Shown: piece after piece, positions 14,201 to 27,900 of the stretch | Numbering within the stretch: position 1 is the stretch's first letter | Layout: every line of letters begins with the position of its first letter | The notes under the pieces: generated by a model | What the model saw: the letters and a program-made list of their open reading frames with translations, nothing else | Databases searched by the model: none | Told to the model about the DNA's origin: nothing | Source of the DNA: Phoronis australis | Lineage: Eukaryota; Animalia; Phoronida | Length of the DNA: 44,775 nt | Direction of reading: 5' to 3' | Assembly: GCA_002633005.1 (NCBI GenBank) | Contig: NMRA01000525.1 | Location: 258,765-303,539 of the forward strand | Program-made: the position numbers and the translations under genes

Positions 14201-15928
14201 TTTGAAAATTGACTAGTGGCGACACAGTGCCGTCACTTACCACTATGTCAAGTTTCTGTTCTCAAAATCCCTGGTAATATCTTGGAGATACATTTTCCAT
14301 GTTAAATGCTACTGGCCTGTCAAGCATTCACTATTCACGCAACAATAGAGAGTGATGCAAACAGTCCATCAAAAGGTCAGCATTTTGGTTATGCATTCAC
14401 TTCCATTGAGCAAATCAAACACAATGTCCGACTTGTTATTGGACAGTCTGCATAGATCAGTCATGTCACGACAAGGGAAGTGAATGCTGAACAACGATGC
14501 GGGACTTTTGTTGGTCCATTACGTGAGTCACTGCCTTGTTGCATGGACTGTAAATGCACGCCAGGGCAACAGTAATATAACTGGAAAAAATGTCGTGATT
14601 CCAAGATATCCTAAGACAAGAATTTCCCCTCTTTACGACATCGCCCATACTTACGTGTGGCAACAGGTGAAGGAGAGCATCTCCTGTCAATGTGCCGACT
14701 GCCATGGCAACTAAGAATTGCAAGAGAGCATGGTAAAACTTCTTGTGTATGATTGGAATGACGGCGACACTGAGTAGGCCAATCAAGCTGATGACGAGGA
14801 CAGCGCCAATGCTGCATCCCCACACTGGAAAACAAAGATTTTAATTGCATTTATTTACATCGATGTACACAGAAAATTGGTCTTACCTCCAAATAACTAG
14901 CTTAAATTTGCGGTTCAATTTGCCCGGGTAATGAACCACCTTCAACTTTTGCCAAATTTCGATATAAGCGCCCATCCCCAACTTACCGCTAACAAAATTT
15001 GAGCTTATCTTATGCTTCTGTTCGCAGGTTTGCCCCGGGCTCGGACTTTTGTGTTTGTGGGAAACACAGCATGCTTGTACCATGGTCTTGAAAAGTAAGT
15101 TAGCCGGCATTAGTGGAATTCTTTAAGCGCTGCAATTACCTTTTAACTTATTAACTGGTCTTTTATTCGGTATAGGCCAGTTCTGTAGATTTTTATAGAA
15201 CAGGCACTTGTCTACTACGACATTAGTCATCATTAAATGTAATAATCTCGATCGGACTGTGAAGTTGTTTGCTCATACTGACGATTGACATTAGAATGAT
15301 ATTTAAAATCGTGTCTTTTTGACAAGGTTGACCGATTTCATAACCATAACCCTCGTTTAGTTGGTTCAAACTAATGACAAGGCAAGTTGGAAGATATACC
15401 CGCAACATGTTTTCAGTCGTGTTAACCTGCACTGATATTCCAAATAGCAATTGTCAATTGTTTTGCATTAAAAATTACCATTATATGTCTGAGAACGATA
15501 GTATCTTTCAGAAAATATAATAGATCCACAGTTTGTTTGCCTATTCCGAGCATCTCTTGAAATTGTTTTAAAATCTCCGAGTCTCCACAATGTTATAGGT
15601 AAAAAACAGGTAGTTGAATAACAAAACGAGGAATATAATCGAAAGTCCAAACATGAACCTCCTTCCACATTATATAGCAGAATATAATGTCATTATCAGG
15701 AGCGGATCCAGGACTTTTAGTTACAGGGGTCAGGGCAGAGTATTAGCCAGGATTTTGCCCATCAGACATTCGCATCCTCGAACTGCCAAATGGAATCTGG
15801 GAGAGTTTAAGTCTGATTACAATAAAACAGTCATGGAGTTTCATACTGTGTCATTAACGTTGGCTTCAACTACACTTACACAGGAGACAGTTGTCATGGA
15901 GCGATTAACATGGAACAGCTGATCGGGA

Positions 15929-15966
<38 letters not shown>

Positions 15967-18900
15967 TGTGTGTGGGGGGGGGTGTACTGTAAACAAGACA
16001 GACATGGAACAAGTTGACACAGTGGCGGCCATTTTTGATGTCGGTTTAAGAGTTTGAGTGAACTGCACATGATCAGTTGGTTGTGTCAACTACACATCTA
16101 AACACAAACTGGAGCAAAACGGAAGGAATCATCTCTCTACATTTGTGCTGTAGCGCACATACGGGTGATCTGCTAGCATTCCACGTGGTTTGGACGTTTG
16201 CTATTGTTTACGGAACCATGCACATTCAGTCTCTGTGCAAATGACTCAAGCCGATCCAGCTCGCGTTCTGATGTCGCCTGTAAATGTGACAAGAGTGGAG
16301 AAAGTCACGCATTGACAACTCGCACCGGGACAACTGTTCCTTGGGTAAAAAACGGTCGGTCTGCACCGGGTCACCGGCTGCAGGTCCGAGCCCGGCAAAA
16401 TAATTTCCGTCAAAATTTATTTTGCCACATTTTGTCAACATTTTCAGTACAAATTGTCCCTATTTTGGTTTTAGTAAAGTTGAGGTCCGCTGTCGATTAT
16501 TTTATCCCCGTTTGCAGGCTGGTAACAGACGCTGCTCAAGTCGCACAGCCAGCATATACTTAGCCTTGGTTATGGGATAAGTACTGCGTGGTTCCTTCGA
16601 ATGTCTTCTAGTCATGTAATAAGGATTAAAAACATGAGCTTCTAGGACTTTAAATACTTCAGAAGAACTTTAGAAGAGTGGAGGACTTAGCAAACGTCTC
16701 TACAAATGATTGGTGTGATGTATGTTTAACGTCCAGGTTTTATATGATAAGCTTGATATTACTGCGTTACACATAGTTATTTTGTAACCCCCATTTCCTA
16801 TGGACATTTACAGTGCAATACATGTGGAATAGCCATTTTGGTACACGTTTATTTTGGTTAGTTTGGAACCCAAGAACGTGACAGTATCTTAAGATACTAG
16901 TTACGGTTATCACTATTGAAACATTATCATGTAACATCACCAAACCTAAGTCATAACCTTTTTATAAATAATTTCTGTCAAAATTTATTTTGACAAATTT
17001 TGTCAATATTTTCGGTATACGATTGTCCCTATTTTGGTTTTATTAAAGTTAAGGTCCGCTGTAGACTATTTTATCCCAGTTTGCAGTCTGGTAACAGACA
17101 CAGCTCCGCACAGCAGGTGTACTTAAGCCTGGGTTCCTGAATGAATAGTACTTCCGTTTCCACGGTGGGTCGGAATCGTGAGTGGCGCCTTTATTTAAAC
17201 TTTCTTCAACTACAGATTGTGTATTGGTAATTGGATAGGTACTGTGTGGGTCCTTATAATTTCTTCTAACCATTTAATATGGGTGAAAGACGTGTGCTTC
17301 TACGATTTTAACCTGAAGCAGTCAATTACCCTGGCCATGCATGACCTTCCAAACTAAGTCCACAGACCTGAAATTGAATCAGCACACTCTAAACGACATG
17401 TGTATTCGAGTAGCTAAGCAGTGCTCCAGTGCTAAAATTAGAGGTAAATAAGCCCCAAAGCCCACCGTATCACCTTGAGCACTGAACGTAACTTACGGTG
17501 CATAGGCGCTACCTTCAGATGCCAAAAAAGTGGTTGGCTGCGCCTACGTGCGCCTACACCCCACTACAGCACAGTAGCTAAGTATGCAAATTGCCAAAAT
17601 TCTAGGACTGACCTACGGCATGATTGTCGTCCAAGTTGTTGAACGAGCAAAGTTAGATAAATCTAGCTGCAAACTCCCTCAGTTTGTTTGCAGGTCACAT
17701 TCTGCAACTCCGACGACTGTGGTCACTAGTGTCACTTTGCCTTCAGATGTAAACTACGCCAGGACTGTGCCTCAAAACTCCAAGAAAAGACAGTTTCTTT
17801 TAAAAAATGAATTTGTTGTACCTTAGAATGAGAGTCTGTGGCCGACTATAATCTGGGTGATGGTCAATTTCGATTACGCAATCATATTTAATAAACTGCA
17901 GAAAACGTAACAGAATGTGATGTTGCAGAGTACACCGCGATTCTTTAAAAGCGTGCTTTACTGTTCTGAAAATCAGTTAAGTGAAGTAAATTGCGGGTGG
18001 GCTTTAGCCTGTGAGCAGTGGTCACTTATTAATAACTGAAAATTCTCAAAAGCAGTGGTGGGCGTGGCTTACGTGAGCAGAGGTGGGCGTGGCTTACGTG
18101 AGCATGGGCATTAACATGAATATTTATGGTAGGATATAAGGCAGGGAATGTCAGCACACCCAGAGATTACAGCTTTTTCTAAACCCGCACAAGGAAGTAC
18201 AATTGGGTGCATAATAAGGGTTGTTAAAACTTGTTATTGTATAACTGATGCAGCGTGATAAAACTCAAACACCAGGTTAGGTGCCTTCATTCATAGGAAT
18301 CATGAGACACGGTACCTCATCGCCTGCATATATGACTCAAGCAACATCACTAATTCTAATCTAAATAAACAATATGAGAACACCTATTCTAGCACAAAAA
18401 TCCAAGTTCAGGGTATGATCTATTTTTCTGAGTTAGCGGAAGCGAGGAGACCCATGTCACGGTCAATAATTATGGCACAGAAAAGCCTACAAAGTCTTTA
18501 GCAAAATCACAAACATTTTTAAGTCTAGTCTTCACGCCACTTACTGGCCTCATTACAACCTAATGAACATAAGATTAAAAGGTTTCCGTCTCAGACTTAT
18601 ATTCAGTGGCGGATCAAGGATATCACAAGGGGGGGCCCAACATTTTGTCTGTAAACATTTGCTCAAAGTTAGATGCGCATAGCACTGAATGGGGGGAGGT
18701 TGAATGGGGGGGGTTTGCCCCCCTCCCGCCCAGGAAGTTTTTCTGTTTTTTCCTCTAAAAATCAAGCATTTTCCTTTATTCCCGAAGTATTATCCAAGAA
18801 AAAAAAACAAACAACGAAGAAGGTGTCAACCAGGAAAAACTGCAAGTACCACAGACTCGAACTCACAACCTAACGCATACAGCGCGCGTGCTTTACCACT

Positions 18901-21900
18901 GCACCACCACGATGTAACTCCTAATTTGATTCTAAGAGACCTACTTGGTTATGGTCCACAGCATTTGCGTGAAACTTCCTTCTTTTTGTAATGCTTATTA
19001 CATGTTTTACATTTTGTTCAATCAGTTCGTAACAAATTTGTTGCATTTAAAATAGTCTTCAATTGCCCAAAAGACCAAATCCGTTTTTTGCGTTGGCAAT
19101 AATGACGCGATTGCTTTGGAAATCGTCTTAAGTTAAGGTTCGACAAAGAGAGAATTATGTTTTTCTGACTGACTAAGGCTTTGATTAAAATTGACATCTT
19201 ACCAGCATCTTCTGTTTTTCACCATCACTCAGATTCCATTTTCTTTAAAAAATGAAGTAATTTTCTTCATTGCACAGTGGAGCAGATGATGGAAACGGAG
19301 TCGTGGTGCCCAGCGCCACTGCCAGTCGCCTGAGATATCACGGGAGAGCCTATACTTAGCCATAGTTCCGTTACGATAGCGCGGTGTTCCGAATTTGACA
19401 CATGAAATTGGATCTGAGCCCCTCCCCCCTTCCAACATTAAAACTGCACGCATTTAAATCTTGTTTCAGCCGTATAATTTTAATTACCGGGGTTAATTAA
19501 TAAAATCAACATTTCCCTAGGCTCTTGCTGTTCAATTTTTTTTGTGGCAGCCAAGGGGGGGGGGTGGCCCGGGCCCTAAATCCGCCTATGTATATTCATT
19601 AGGTCACATGATGTGGCCAACAGGTGGCACACAGACCAGAAATGTATGTGATCTATATTGCCACGCCGAACGGTTTAACATTTACATACTCATATTCATT
19701 AACACAGTGTTTACCTCTCCTCCATCCAGAGCTCACAACTGCCTTCTTGTTAAAGTAAAATCTCATGAACTTAGGCCGCAATATGGCGGACAAAGTAAAA
19801 CTTTACTGCATCATTCTTTCCATGAAACATAGCGATACCAAATTAAATGATTTCACATGATTTAGATGTAGCACGGCTGCCATCGAACTAACTGCTTAAA
19901 AAATTGTAAGTGTTCACAACATTGTTAAAAGCCCTTGCAAGGTGAGGGCATTTTAGGTAATTATTTTTGACAGAAATTGATGAGATTTTATTCATCTGAA
20001 GCAATAGCCAGATTTAATGGCCAAAGTTCCTTTTCAATAGAACTGATCAAAATTGATCATATAAAGGCACACCTCGGTACAAAATATGAACACTAAATCT
20101 AAAAGCTTCTTTCTTGAAATATGCCAACAACGTTCTGCAACATACCAATGAACGTGATCTCATGAACATCAGTAGCCATGGAAAACAGTGAAAATAAACT
20201 ACACAGTACATACACAAAATGTACCGAGAGTGGCGTAGATGAAGTAATATCCCATGAGACATTATTCCGCGTATCGACTGAGACCAAAGGTACCAAAGGA
20301 TACACGGAAATATTTCTAGTGGGATATTACATCATCTACAGCAATACAGGTATGTTTTGTATTTATCACATTAAGCTTCAAATTCCTAAGTTTCTTCTAC
20401 TTTTTCAGCAAATTTTTTAGAAACATCACATCCTACAGTATATGTATGTACGTACTTGCGCGTTAGGTTACAAGTTTTCTCTAGTAACAGAAACAAATGT
20501 AACGATTTATTACTTGAAAAGAGATTATACAAAGATGAAAACAAAAATATGGTGATTGTGTATTGAACTTGTAAAATTTCCTGAAAAGAGTTAAATAACA
20601 ACAATACCGTAGTTACCAAGGAATCAGCTCCTCAGTTGCAGATGATATAATATTTAGTAATTGAAAACTGAGACATAAGTGTCACATAATTAACAGTTTT
20701 GTTCCAGATGTTACGTTTGTGACCTGATTGCATGATGAGTGTTATTTATAGTGCTGCAATAATTACTTTAAACTATTTCGGGAAAATTTCATGATGGAAC
20801 TGGCTAATGGCCTCGAGTCGACATTGACCTACCTCTTGAACTTTCCGTGTCAGAGGTCACTATTGAAGTAGTCCGGGAGGGGAATACGGAAAACAATATC
20901 ACATGGCCATATTGCACTCGACTGATTTAACACGTATGGGATAAAGTAATTCTGTACTCATTTCGCACAAAAATAATTACCAAAATTGACATTTTTCTAT
21001 TCTTTTAAAGTTTATTACTTTACTGCAAATAACGGAAATTTTACCATAAGTTATTTATGACACCTATACTACAAACCATGCTAGAAATAGACTAAAATTT
21101 TCTCAAATCATTATTTTTGTGAAAAATGCGACAAAAAAGAATTTCAGTAATTGGCCATATCGTGTGAAAAATTGCAATAAGATACTGGTAACTGTATAGG
21201 CTAAACCTGCCAAGGAGGCTGTCTGGACTGTTGCTCCTCCTACTGTTTATGGATAATGTGATAATTGGACAATTTGTGATGGTTCTCTCCAACCTTATTT
21301 AGTGGCCTCCATTCTAACTCGTATATCAAAAAATGGGATTTGTTAACTAGTAAATCGAAAAAACAAAGACCAGGAAATATAAATATGATGTTTGTATTTA
21401 TGCTCCATTATTATTTTTACATAAAAACCTTTTTTAAGTCAAAATTTCATTTTTTCAGAAAGGTACATTCATAGCAAAATAACCCCTCGGTCGATTTTAA
21501 TGAAACTTTTTTAAATGAAAACTTCACCAGTTAACTCAAAAACGCTGTTAGGAATTTTCGATTAGTCTGTTTGTTTGGTTTCTATGACAAATCAACTTGC
21601 ACAACATAAAGAATTTTTTTTTGGTCTTTGTCACATTACGCAAAAACTAGTCCTTTATATCAAAAATCCTAACAGCGTTTTTGAGATTGATGACTAAAAA
21701 TTAAGTTTGTGGAAAGTTTCAGCATTGCTAAGCTCAACTAAAGTCGATTTGCCGAAGCTGAGAAAAAACAATTAAACTGAGTCAAGTGAAAACCTCAAAG
21801 TTTTCGGTTAATTATTCGGTGAAATTTCGGTACACATAACCTATACAAATGAGCCGTTTCAACACTCACTCGCAATGTCAACTGATTTTGTTGTGCGTAA

Positions 21901-24900
21901 CTATCTTAATTATCATTAAAACCTCTAACAGACGTATCTTTCCCAGCCAACTTTTCCTGTTGTTTACGACTTACTTTCTAAGTGGGTCACAGTTCATAGC
22001 CAGCACATGTCACGTGCTAAAAGACTGATACGAAACCAAGTAAGAAATGAATTACGTGCGGTTCCAAGGTGGTTCTGCTAAATCTTTTTTTTTTTCTCAA
22101 TACGCGGTATATTATGTTGTATTTGAAGTTCCCCAAGAATGAGGAAAAGGTATTCTGCTAAACACAAGTGAAATATATGGCCAATTTTTGCGAATAAGGT
22201 TGGAGATATCCTTAAACAAACCAATTCCCCCATCATTGTCAGCAAACTACTTTTGATTTGGGATACTTAAATAAGCTATCTATACTGTCCCTTTAAGGGT
22301 ATGTAGGACCCGAGAAAGATGACCAAATTTGGTTAACTTTGCAACATTATATCTCAGAAATGGCACGTTAAATTTCAATAGAACTTTCGTACATTATGGT
22401 CTATGCACAGTGCTCCAAAACATTGCTAGGAATTGTCTTCAAAATGATCCACTTTCACATGAGGGGCTATCAAAAAAGGACTGTAAAGGTTTTTGAGATT
22501 TCACCATGAATGTCAAACAAAATTTAGTCATGAATGTTTCTTCTCTTTTGCTCAAATTTACTAAAAAGACATGGTCATGTTTCGCGTACACAGAGGCAGA
22601 CCACAAAAAAAAAACAATAAAAATGGCCACAAGTGGTGCAGAGTGTCAAAGCCATCCCAAAATGGGAAGGTGCTGTAGTCTTCATAACAGAAACTAGTTT
22701 GCCAAAAACCGTCAAGGATTTCTGAAGATACAGAGGCAATGGTAAAAACTAAAACTGTCACTAGAGGGCACAGCGGTAGTCAGAGCCATCTAAAAGTCGT
22801 TGGCAGCTGTCGTCACATTTATTGGTCTTGATAACAATTGCAAAATTTTACAAAGCTTCTGCAAAAGATTAAGATGACTTAACCACATTATGCAAAAAGA
22901 TAAAATCACCACTAGGGGGTGCTACAGTTGTCAAGCCTGTACAAAATCAACATCAGTCACAGCCTTCTCATCAGAAACACATCTGGTAAGTTTTTAAAAT
23001 AAATCCTATGAGTGCTTTGGTGGATAGAGAGGTGGATGCCAAAATGGACATAACATTTTTTTTAAATGCCAAGTCTGTACAAAAAGGGAAGGCGTTGTCA
23101 TCTCCATAATAGGAACCTACTTGCCAAATTTCATGCAAATCTATCACGGAACTCCAAAAATACAGAAGCAGACGTAAAATAACTAAAATTGCCACTGGGG
23201 ACACAGCGGTTATTAGACCAGTTCAAAATTTACCCTAGTTTGCTGCCAGCCTCATAAGAACACACCTGCCAAATCTCATTGATTCCATGCAAGGAGTTTA
23301 GGAGATACAGCTGCAAATGGCAGATGCTTAAAGGCAACTGCAATACACACCCACATATGTAGGCACGTAAAAAGACTTGTCTCGTTACTGGCTCAAGGTC
23401 AATTATTTTTATTGAAATCAGAAGCAAGATGGCACTGCGGCAGCCATTTTCTTATTTTTGCAGTCATAGCTCGCTGTACCCTGAGGGATCTTTTTGAAAT
23501 TTGATACGTAGAAAGATCTCGTCATGGTGCTTTTTGTTACACTACAACTTACCATTCTCAAGTTAATCATGATTTCCAGATAACAGTTCTTTTATAGACT
23601 GATTTCTCATGAAGTATCTCCAGCATCCATTGACAGAATTTTAAGAAATTTGGTATGTAAACAGCTCTCGTCAAGACAAAACAGAAATGTAGGATTGTTT
23701 GTCAGTCTGAATTACCATAGTTGAGTTCTTCCGGATTTAATGAAAAGATCTCATCGTTGAACTTCTGTTTGTTTATCATACACAAATAGGTCACACGTTT
23801 TGCCGAATCAACCTGAACTTTACACACATAGACTCAGCTAGTGAAAAGCTCGAGGAAGCAAGATGGAACAGCAACAGCCATTTTACAAAGCTCTAGCTCT
23901 GTGCTCATTTGAAGGAATCTTCTAAAAGTTATTAACTACGTGGATAGACTTCGTCAAGTGCTATCCGAAGTGTATGATACACCCATGAGAAATTTATGAT
24001 TTTCTGATTCAATGATACCGACCTTTCATTGACACTTTTTTGGTTTATCATTAACTGTACAAGATTATGATTTTTTTTAAAAATTTGTTTAAGTGTCCTC
24101 TCTATAAAGCTTTCATTTCACTTTGGTTGCACTTTCATTCCGACAAGACACATTAGGCCTAAACCAAAAGCTAGCACTTTCACGGACAGCAGGCTTATCG
24201 CTGCCTTAGGGTTATCATTTTGCTAACCTGAACTCTTTAAAATTGATTATCATTCAGTAGTGCAATAGGGGCAAAATTACATTCACAGATGGAAAAGAAA
24301 TAATGGTTTTTTAACTTCACTTTCATTTCTTTACATTTTGTTTAATAAACAAAATGTAATGAAAAATAGATCAAGGTATCAACAGGCCAAAAATTTAAAA
24401 CAGTCCACTAATACTTCCCCATCCTTCCCAAGATATTAGGATTCACATATCATTCATCAGTCTGACACCATAAAGGCCTCTTACTGGTCTAGACTACAAT
24501 AGGCCCTTACCAAAGTGCCTGGACTACAATAGTCCCTTACCACAGTGCCTGGACTACAATAGGCCCTTATAGCCACAGTGCCTGGACTACAATAGTCCCT
24601 TACCACAGTGCCTGGACTACAATAGGCCCTTACCACAGTGCCTGGACTACAATAGGCCCTTATAGCCACAGTGCCTGGACTACAATAGGCCCTTACCACA
24701 GTGCCTGGACTACAATAGTCCCTTACCACAGTGCCTGGACTACAATCGGCCCTTATAGCCACAGAGCCTGGATTACAAGCTCATACTGTTTGAGGATTAG
24801 AGGACAGAGATGTGTGTCACTGACAAGCACTTCCTGTTTGTGGCAACATTCTTTCCCCACCATTTTAGATAGCATGGACCATGAAAACTAAATCCACCAT

Positions 24901-27900
24901 TGAGAATTAAAACCTTTGATTATCTGAACAGAAAAAAAAATGGTTAAAAAGAAAAAAACTTGCATTGAAACTACTGTTCCTTTGTCGACAGCCAATGTGT
25001 AACCTGCCTCAGCTAAAACAATGGGGGGGTAACTTGACTTGTGAACAACAAAGCTTAGTAGAGGCATCTGAATGGGGGCAGAGCCAGTCATGTCCAGACT
25101 AAAACTTGTGCTCCATAGCTACATCTGAGTCACCGGGTTAACACGTATGGATTTTGCCGAGATAACTTTGGCTGACACGCGAGAAATATTTAATTGTTAA
25201 TAGTTTGATAAAACAGAAAAACCGTTTTTTTTCCAATAAGCGTTTAGAACCTTAGGATTTAGATCACATACTGCCTTGTTACATACACAAGAGAGCTAGC
25301 TCATGGCAGTTCCATATATTGCTTGACAACAGGCTCCAGGTGTAAAGTGACTGTCTGGTGAGACAAGCCTATTAAAGGAGTATGCCACCCAAAAAACAAC
25401 CTATTTTGTATCAATTTAGATCGAGTAGTTCTACTCGATAACGGCAGGTTCGGTTGCGTTACCTGACACCTGAAGGCAGACGGAGGTGTTGAAATTATCC
25501 AATGACGTAATTGGTTTCACACGCAGTCTGTTCAGCAGTTCACAACAGGGGTTAGTGGTGTCAGCTTATCGCTTGAATTCATCATGTAACACCAATAAAT
25601 CATCAAACTTATATGTAAAACTCTTAAAAATACACTGAGTTCTTATAAAAACGTGTTGTTTTATTTCACTGTTACGGATTTACAGGTATTTGGACACACC
25701 GTAGCCTACAAAGTTCCTCAGGCCAATTTACCAAGGTCCGTAGCAGGAGTTTGGGGTCTGTTTGGAGATAAATTCGAAGTATTCTTCCGTGAAATACAGA
25801 CAGGAGAGCCTAGATCTATGTATACTTGTGATTTTTTGAGTTCTAAACACACAAAACGCTCGTTATCCCGGCCAGTGTCTCAGAACCCGATCAAGCCCGT
25901 CGCGACCGGACTGACTCGTTATCCCGGCCAGTGGCTCGGAACCTGATCAGGCCTGTCGGGACTAGCACAAACATAAACCAGCTTCAGTTGGAAACCAAAC
26001 ATCCAGTAACGAAAAGACTATAATAGTGAGCCAAAGAAATAATGTGCACGTAATTATTTATGTGAATTAGCCACGAAACTGAAAATCTACTCACTTGTCA
26101 GGGGCCGCGAAGTCGGGTTACCCTTCCACAGACCGTCAGGGCAAAGGTTGTACAGTAACAATGACTTGAATAATGTATTTCGTATTTCTAAATAAAGATT
26201 TCCCTAACATGTGACCATAGCATATAAAATAAAGCAACTGTTTCAAAACAGCTTTCTGTCAGCAAACACTGAATTAGTGTGCGGAGGTAACGCAGTGGTT
26301 TATTCATTGCTGGCTTCTCAAAACAATAATTTTGCACTCACGAGTACTCCAAGGCAATACAAATTGTATCTAATGAGACAGAATTAGTTTCAGTTTCATA
26401 TAAGCATTGTTTAAGATCATTTTAGGATGGAAATAGTTCATTTTGAAACAGATCGCAGAATAGTAAACGTCTACATGGCAACTCGCCCAGCGCCAATCCC
26501 GACTTAGTCAAGAGCTCATCCAACGAAGACTTCAAATGTCGTATCGTTAGGCTTCACAGGCTATGAGTTCGACTCGGAATACACTGATCAAGAAATACTA
26601 CAGAAGCGTCGTGAACATGCACAGGCAACAAAATGTATGAATAAAAGTTTTTTGGTAATCCGGAATTTGTCAGAGAAATCACTGTCGACGAAATGCCGGC
26701 CACAGACACGGAGATGTTTCATGGCATCATACTTGCTATTAACAGCGTACCTTTCATTCTTCACTACCGCGAGCCACTTCCTAAGCATTTCGAGCTCTCG
26801 AGGAAGTCGAAAAAACGATATACCCGCTTTCTTCGCAGCTTCATAGTTCAGACAAGCGGGAACGATGCACCGCAATATAGCGGCTTTCACTATGCAGATG
26901 AACCACTGACGTCGCTGTGTTGTTTCTCACCTTCCTCACAGGTTAACGCGATACCTCTCGGCAAGGTGAGGTCGACCGTATAGGTGGTGATGTGGATATA
27001 GACAGATTAAGACGGTAAAAAAGACTAATTAAATCGGGTGGCATTCTCCTTTAAGTTAAGGCCGGTCTCAATCAATGGCAAACTATCCCTTTTTTCCACA
27101 CCCAGGAACTTTCAAATTCAGTAAGGAGCAAATTGAGGCAAATTTCAAAACAGTTACTGTAAATGAATTTAATTACCTTTTGCCGATGCTGTCGTAGAAA
27201 CAAGAGATGTGTTCAACATACGGTAACTCTCCACCGGCTCATGTCCATGTGAGCAGGCTCGACCATCAAGTTGAGAGATCAAGGTTGGACATAAGCTGGT
27301 GAATGCCTCTGGACTGATAGATGACTCATCCTTGACACGAGACTCAGACAGGATAACCTTGGGAGGGAGACACTGCGAAATGGGCGAGAGAAATAGAATT
27401 CACACATTAAACAGTGACACAAGAGAGAGACTGTTGTACATTTGCTATTTTTCAAAAACAACAAAAAACATGACGAGGCTCAAGCAAGATGACCTTGGGA
27501 GGGAGACACTGCGAAATGGGCGAGAAAAATACAATTCACCCATTAAACAGTGACACAAGAGAGAGACCATTGTACGTTTGCTAGTTTTCAAAAACAAAAA
27601 AAATACATGAAACAGAGAGCCTGTTCAACCTATGTCTTGACATTAATTATAATCACCACGGATTTCCGCTCACCCTGTTCCGACTTGGCGGCAATCTTAA
27701 CTACTCTTAAAACCTGATCATATTAAGTGGAAACAGGGCAAGACAGAAATTAATGGGTTTATAGACAAGTTAGCATATAAATGAAGATAATACCTTGTAT
27801 GAAAGTTGAATGGTTGCCAAGTGATGACTACCACATATCTAGTTACCACACATACATTGCTCTAACTACGTCTCCCCTCAAAAGTGACAATAAGATCGCT

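Noticed and set aside
18850-18908. tRNA gene (also 13310-13385 and the window end)
   Set aside because: A/B boxes are present but no complete cloverleaf; treated as tRNA-derived repeat.
19860-20090. Possible transposase relic (GC.., KSPC.GEG, IKGT fragments)
   Set aside because: Needs several frameshifts and deletions; cannot be supported without tBLASTx.
24481-24762. CRISPR-like array or repeat-protein ORF
   Set aside because: Head-to-tail units with no unique spacers, no cas genes, eukaryotic intron; the ORF results from triplet-multiple units.
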